Shown here in pieces: positions 61,551 to 64,000 of a DNA stretch of 64,000 nucleotides. This stretch comes from Toensbergia leucococca (taxonomy: Eukaryota). Numbering within the stretch: the stretch's first letter is position 1; every line of letters begins with the position of its first letter. The notes below the pieces were generated by a model. That model was not told where the DNA came from. It saw nothing but the letters and a program-made list of their open reading frames with translations, and did not search any database. The position numbers were made by a program, and so were the translations under genes. The stretch covers positions 62,001 to 126,000 of the forward strand of contig JALDZS010000035.1 in assembly GCA_022813965.1 (NCBI GenBank), written 5' to 3'.

Positions 61551-64000
61551 GGTGTGATAATATGTTGATGATATTAATCTAGAAGTGAAGTTGATTTCAG
61601 TTTATGGCTATGCGCAAACAAATTGTGGTTAGGCAGTTGCGATGTTATTTCTTGGTTTGTTGTTTTGGCAGAGAAGGGCGAGAATGCGAGTCAAAGACGC
61701 TGGACTGCCGATTGGACAACAGAAAGTAAGGGGGTAAAGGGTGTGCGTTGGAATGCGGCATACGAAGATGATTTCACCACTCAGGGGCCAAAGCATTGGA
61801 CTAGTCGGGAAAGGTACGTGCAGGCCGCAGGCGAATAGGCTGACCGCTCTGTTTGGTCCCTTGTGTTTTACGTGAGCGAAAGAGGCTCCAGGATCAAGGG
61901 TTTCCTGCTTACATAGCCTACGACTTCTAGGTGATTTCGGGGCTCCGGGCAGATATTGCGGGCTACTGATGAAGCAAATTGTAGCGGCGCCAAGGGTGCA
62001 AAAGGAGAGTACCCAAGGCAGCCACACAAATAAAGCGTTGACCCGACCAGGAAGCAGGATTAATCTATCAAGTTACGGTAAGGCGCAGATCCAGCTTCCT
62101 GGTGATCAGCACATCCTAGTAGGGATTAATGATCTGCTTGGATTTCCCCGATGTCTGAGACGGCGCTAATCATGTTGGTGCTCTTTGCGAAGCCCTATCC
62201 TCCCTCCTACAGACGACAACTCGGACACCAAGATATTTTTGCCGAAGATCTTGGGTTACATTTCATCAAAAGGAAGAAGCAGGGCTTCTGATAGAAGATG
62301 AGCTAAATAATTGACGATTAGAAAACATGGAGATAAGACGTACCTGTGAGACCGATAGAGATGAGGAGTCTGGATTTAGTTCTATCACATTCATCTCATG
62401 TTTGTCAGGCTATCAGGCTGTCACAATATTTCGCACGGGTCCCATGCAAAATGACCGTGACCTTTTGATCGCGGCAATATCTGCTTGAGGACAGGTCTCC
62501 TTTTCCCTCGGCCAACCAGAAGCTCGAGATGACATACGATTAAAGCAGCGGCATTCTGGAACGATACTGATGCCTGTTCTTCGCTTGATGGCCGCAAAGT
62601 TAATCTGCTAGCGTTGAGCTTGGGCTAACGTTCTTCACTCCCACATTTGGACGCTTAAGTAAGGGTTGAATCAGGCTACCAAATCCTAATCATTGAGAAG
62701 ATTCTTCAGATTGCAAATAGTCAAGAGTTCTTACTTTGTCGCTCGAAATCTTTTATACTACTTGTTGAAAATATACTAGCAGATGAGTTTGGAACCCGGT
62801 CTCTTCCAGTTCCAGCGATAATCGAGCCTACACAACCAGTTGAAATGACGCGTAAGTTCGCGAAGAAAACGTACGAGACGATCAAGAGAATCAACTGGAT
62901 AATTCAAAAGCATCGCACAAGGATATCCATCATTCAGGAAAACTCAATCAACTGCGAGTGCAACCTGAGTTTGCCCGTCCAGTGCCGGACGAACATCTTG
63001 CAGTCTTCACCTTCCAATATCTTTGAACCCTGAATCTCGGTTCCCAAGAAGGTTACTTTGACAAAGACGTGATCCGAGTGCTGAAAACGTACATGGTTTT
63101 TTCTAGTCTGTAAGTTGCAGACACAAGAAAGAATGAGGCAATAGTCCGAATTTGAATAGCGTGATGGTGAGTTTTCTATTCAGTCATCCGTATCGAGAAG
63201 CAAATTTCGCGAGAGATTTATCATACATCATATTTATCTTATTGATCCGTCCTCACTTCTGCTCTAGACCGATGTGAATCCCATCAACGGTTCTCATCTT
63301 GAAGACAAACGCATTGCTTCCAATATTACATTCTCCTACTGAAGTGCACAAAGTATTCTTTGCTTCATGAAGTGGTATTTTTCAATATTATAAATGCGCT
63401 TCAACAATATGCAGTGCCAGTATTAATCCAATTCATTGGACTATGTTCTGATATACTTCTTCACTTCAGTTGATCATTCCCATTCAACTATCATAGCAGG
63501 CTCTCACTCGTTCAATTTTTCTACCATTGACTCAACGTCAAGGAATTTCTCTTGAATGCAGTGAAGGTTCGGGATCAAACTGTAGAGTACATTAAACCAT
63601 TCAACAAATACGCTTAAATCCCTTGTCTCTATTTGCTCCAAATGACAAGATCGAGCAGATAAGATAAGGTTATTGAACAATACGCCCTACCACTTTATAT
63701 CGGTCAGCTTACATGACTACCCGCTTGGTGTAAGACGTACTCTCGGAATCAAACTGTCTGCAATTGTCTGCTTACTAAAATGGCCTCGCAGAGAAGCACT
63801 GTCGGTCTGGCTTAAATCTCAGTATGGCCGACAGCGGATGCGGGAGGCCCTCTAAGCAGACTGATTGCTGGCGTTGTACGAGAGGACAACCTTTCGAGCT
63901 CGAGGGTTTTTTTCAACCTTTCCTCCGCAACCCCAAAATATCGGAAAGCTTTACTTCACCTTTTCCTCCCCAGCCCGCAACCCCATTCTGAACCTCGGGC

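Noticed and set aside
62400..63700. Possible degenerate coding relic
   Set aside because: Short protein-like stretches with many stops and no recognisable motif; it needs a blastx search.

Overview
Gene-dense, intron-containing DNA from a filamentous ascomycete (Pezizomycotina; the finer lineage cannot be established from this window). Exon structures were rebuilt by hand from GT..AG and branch-point signals plus frame continuity. Conserved genes are a DUF1765 protein (partial), ATP14, TFIIB, a UPF0132-type membrane protein, a GRE2-like reductase, NOT1, a HOF1/Cdc15-type F-BAR-SH3 protein, a PBY1-type SurE-TTL fusion, seipin, an FAD monooxygenase, TVP18, AIM21, ETF-ubiquinone oxidoreductase, a stand-alone dihydroneopterin aldolase, an SR splicing factor and a GDS1-like protein. 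Between them lie lineage-specific orphans, decaying F-box-like genes and a ~440 bp foldback element. The most unusual locus is a head-to-head pair at 7.3-10.8 kb. One gene encodes an Est1/Ebs1-like domain truncated and spliced onto a four-helix membrane tail; the other encodes a small membrane protein whose C-terminal helices look distantly homologous to that tail. No rRNA, tRNA or CRISPR array was recognised. All family assignments are from recalled motifs, not database searches.
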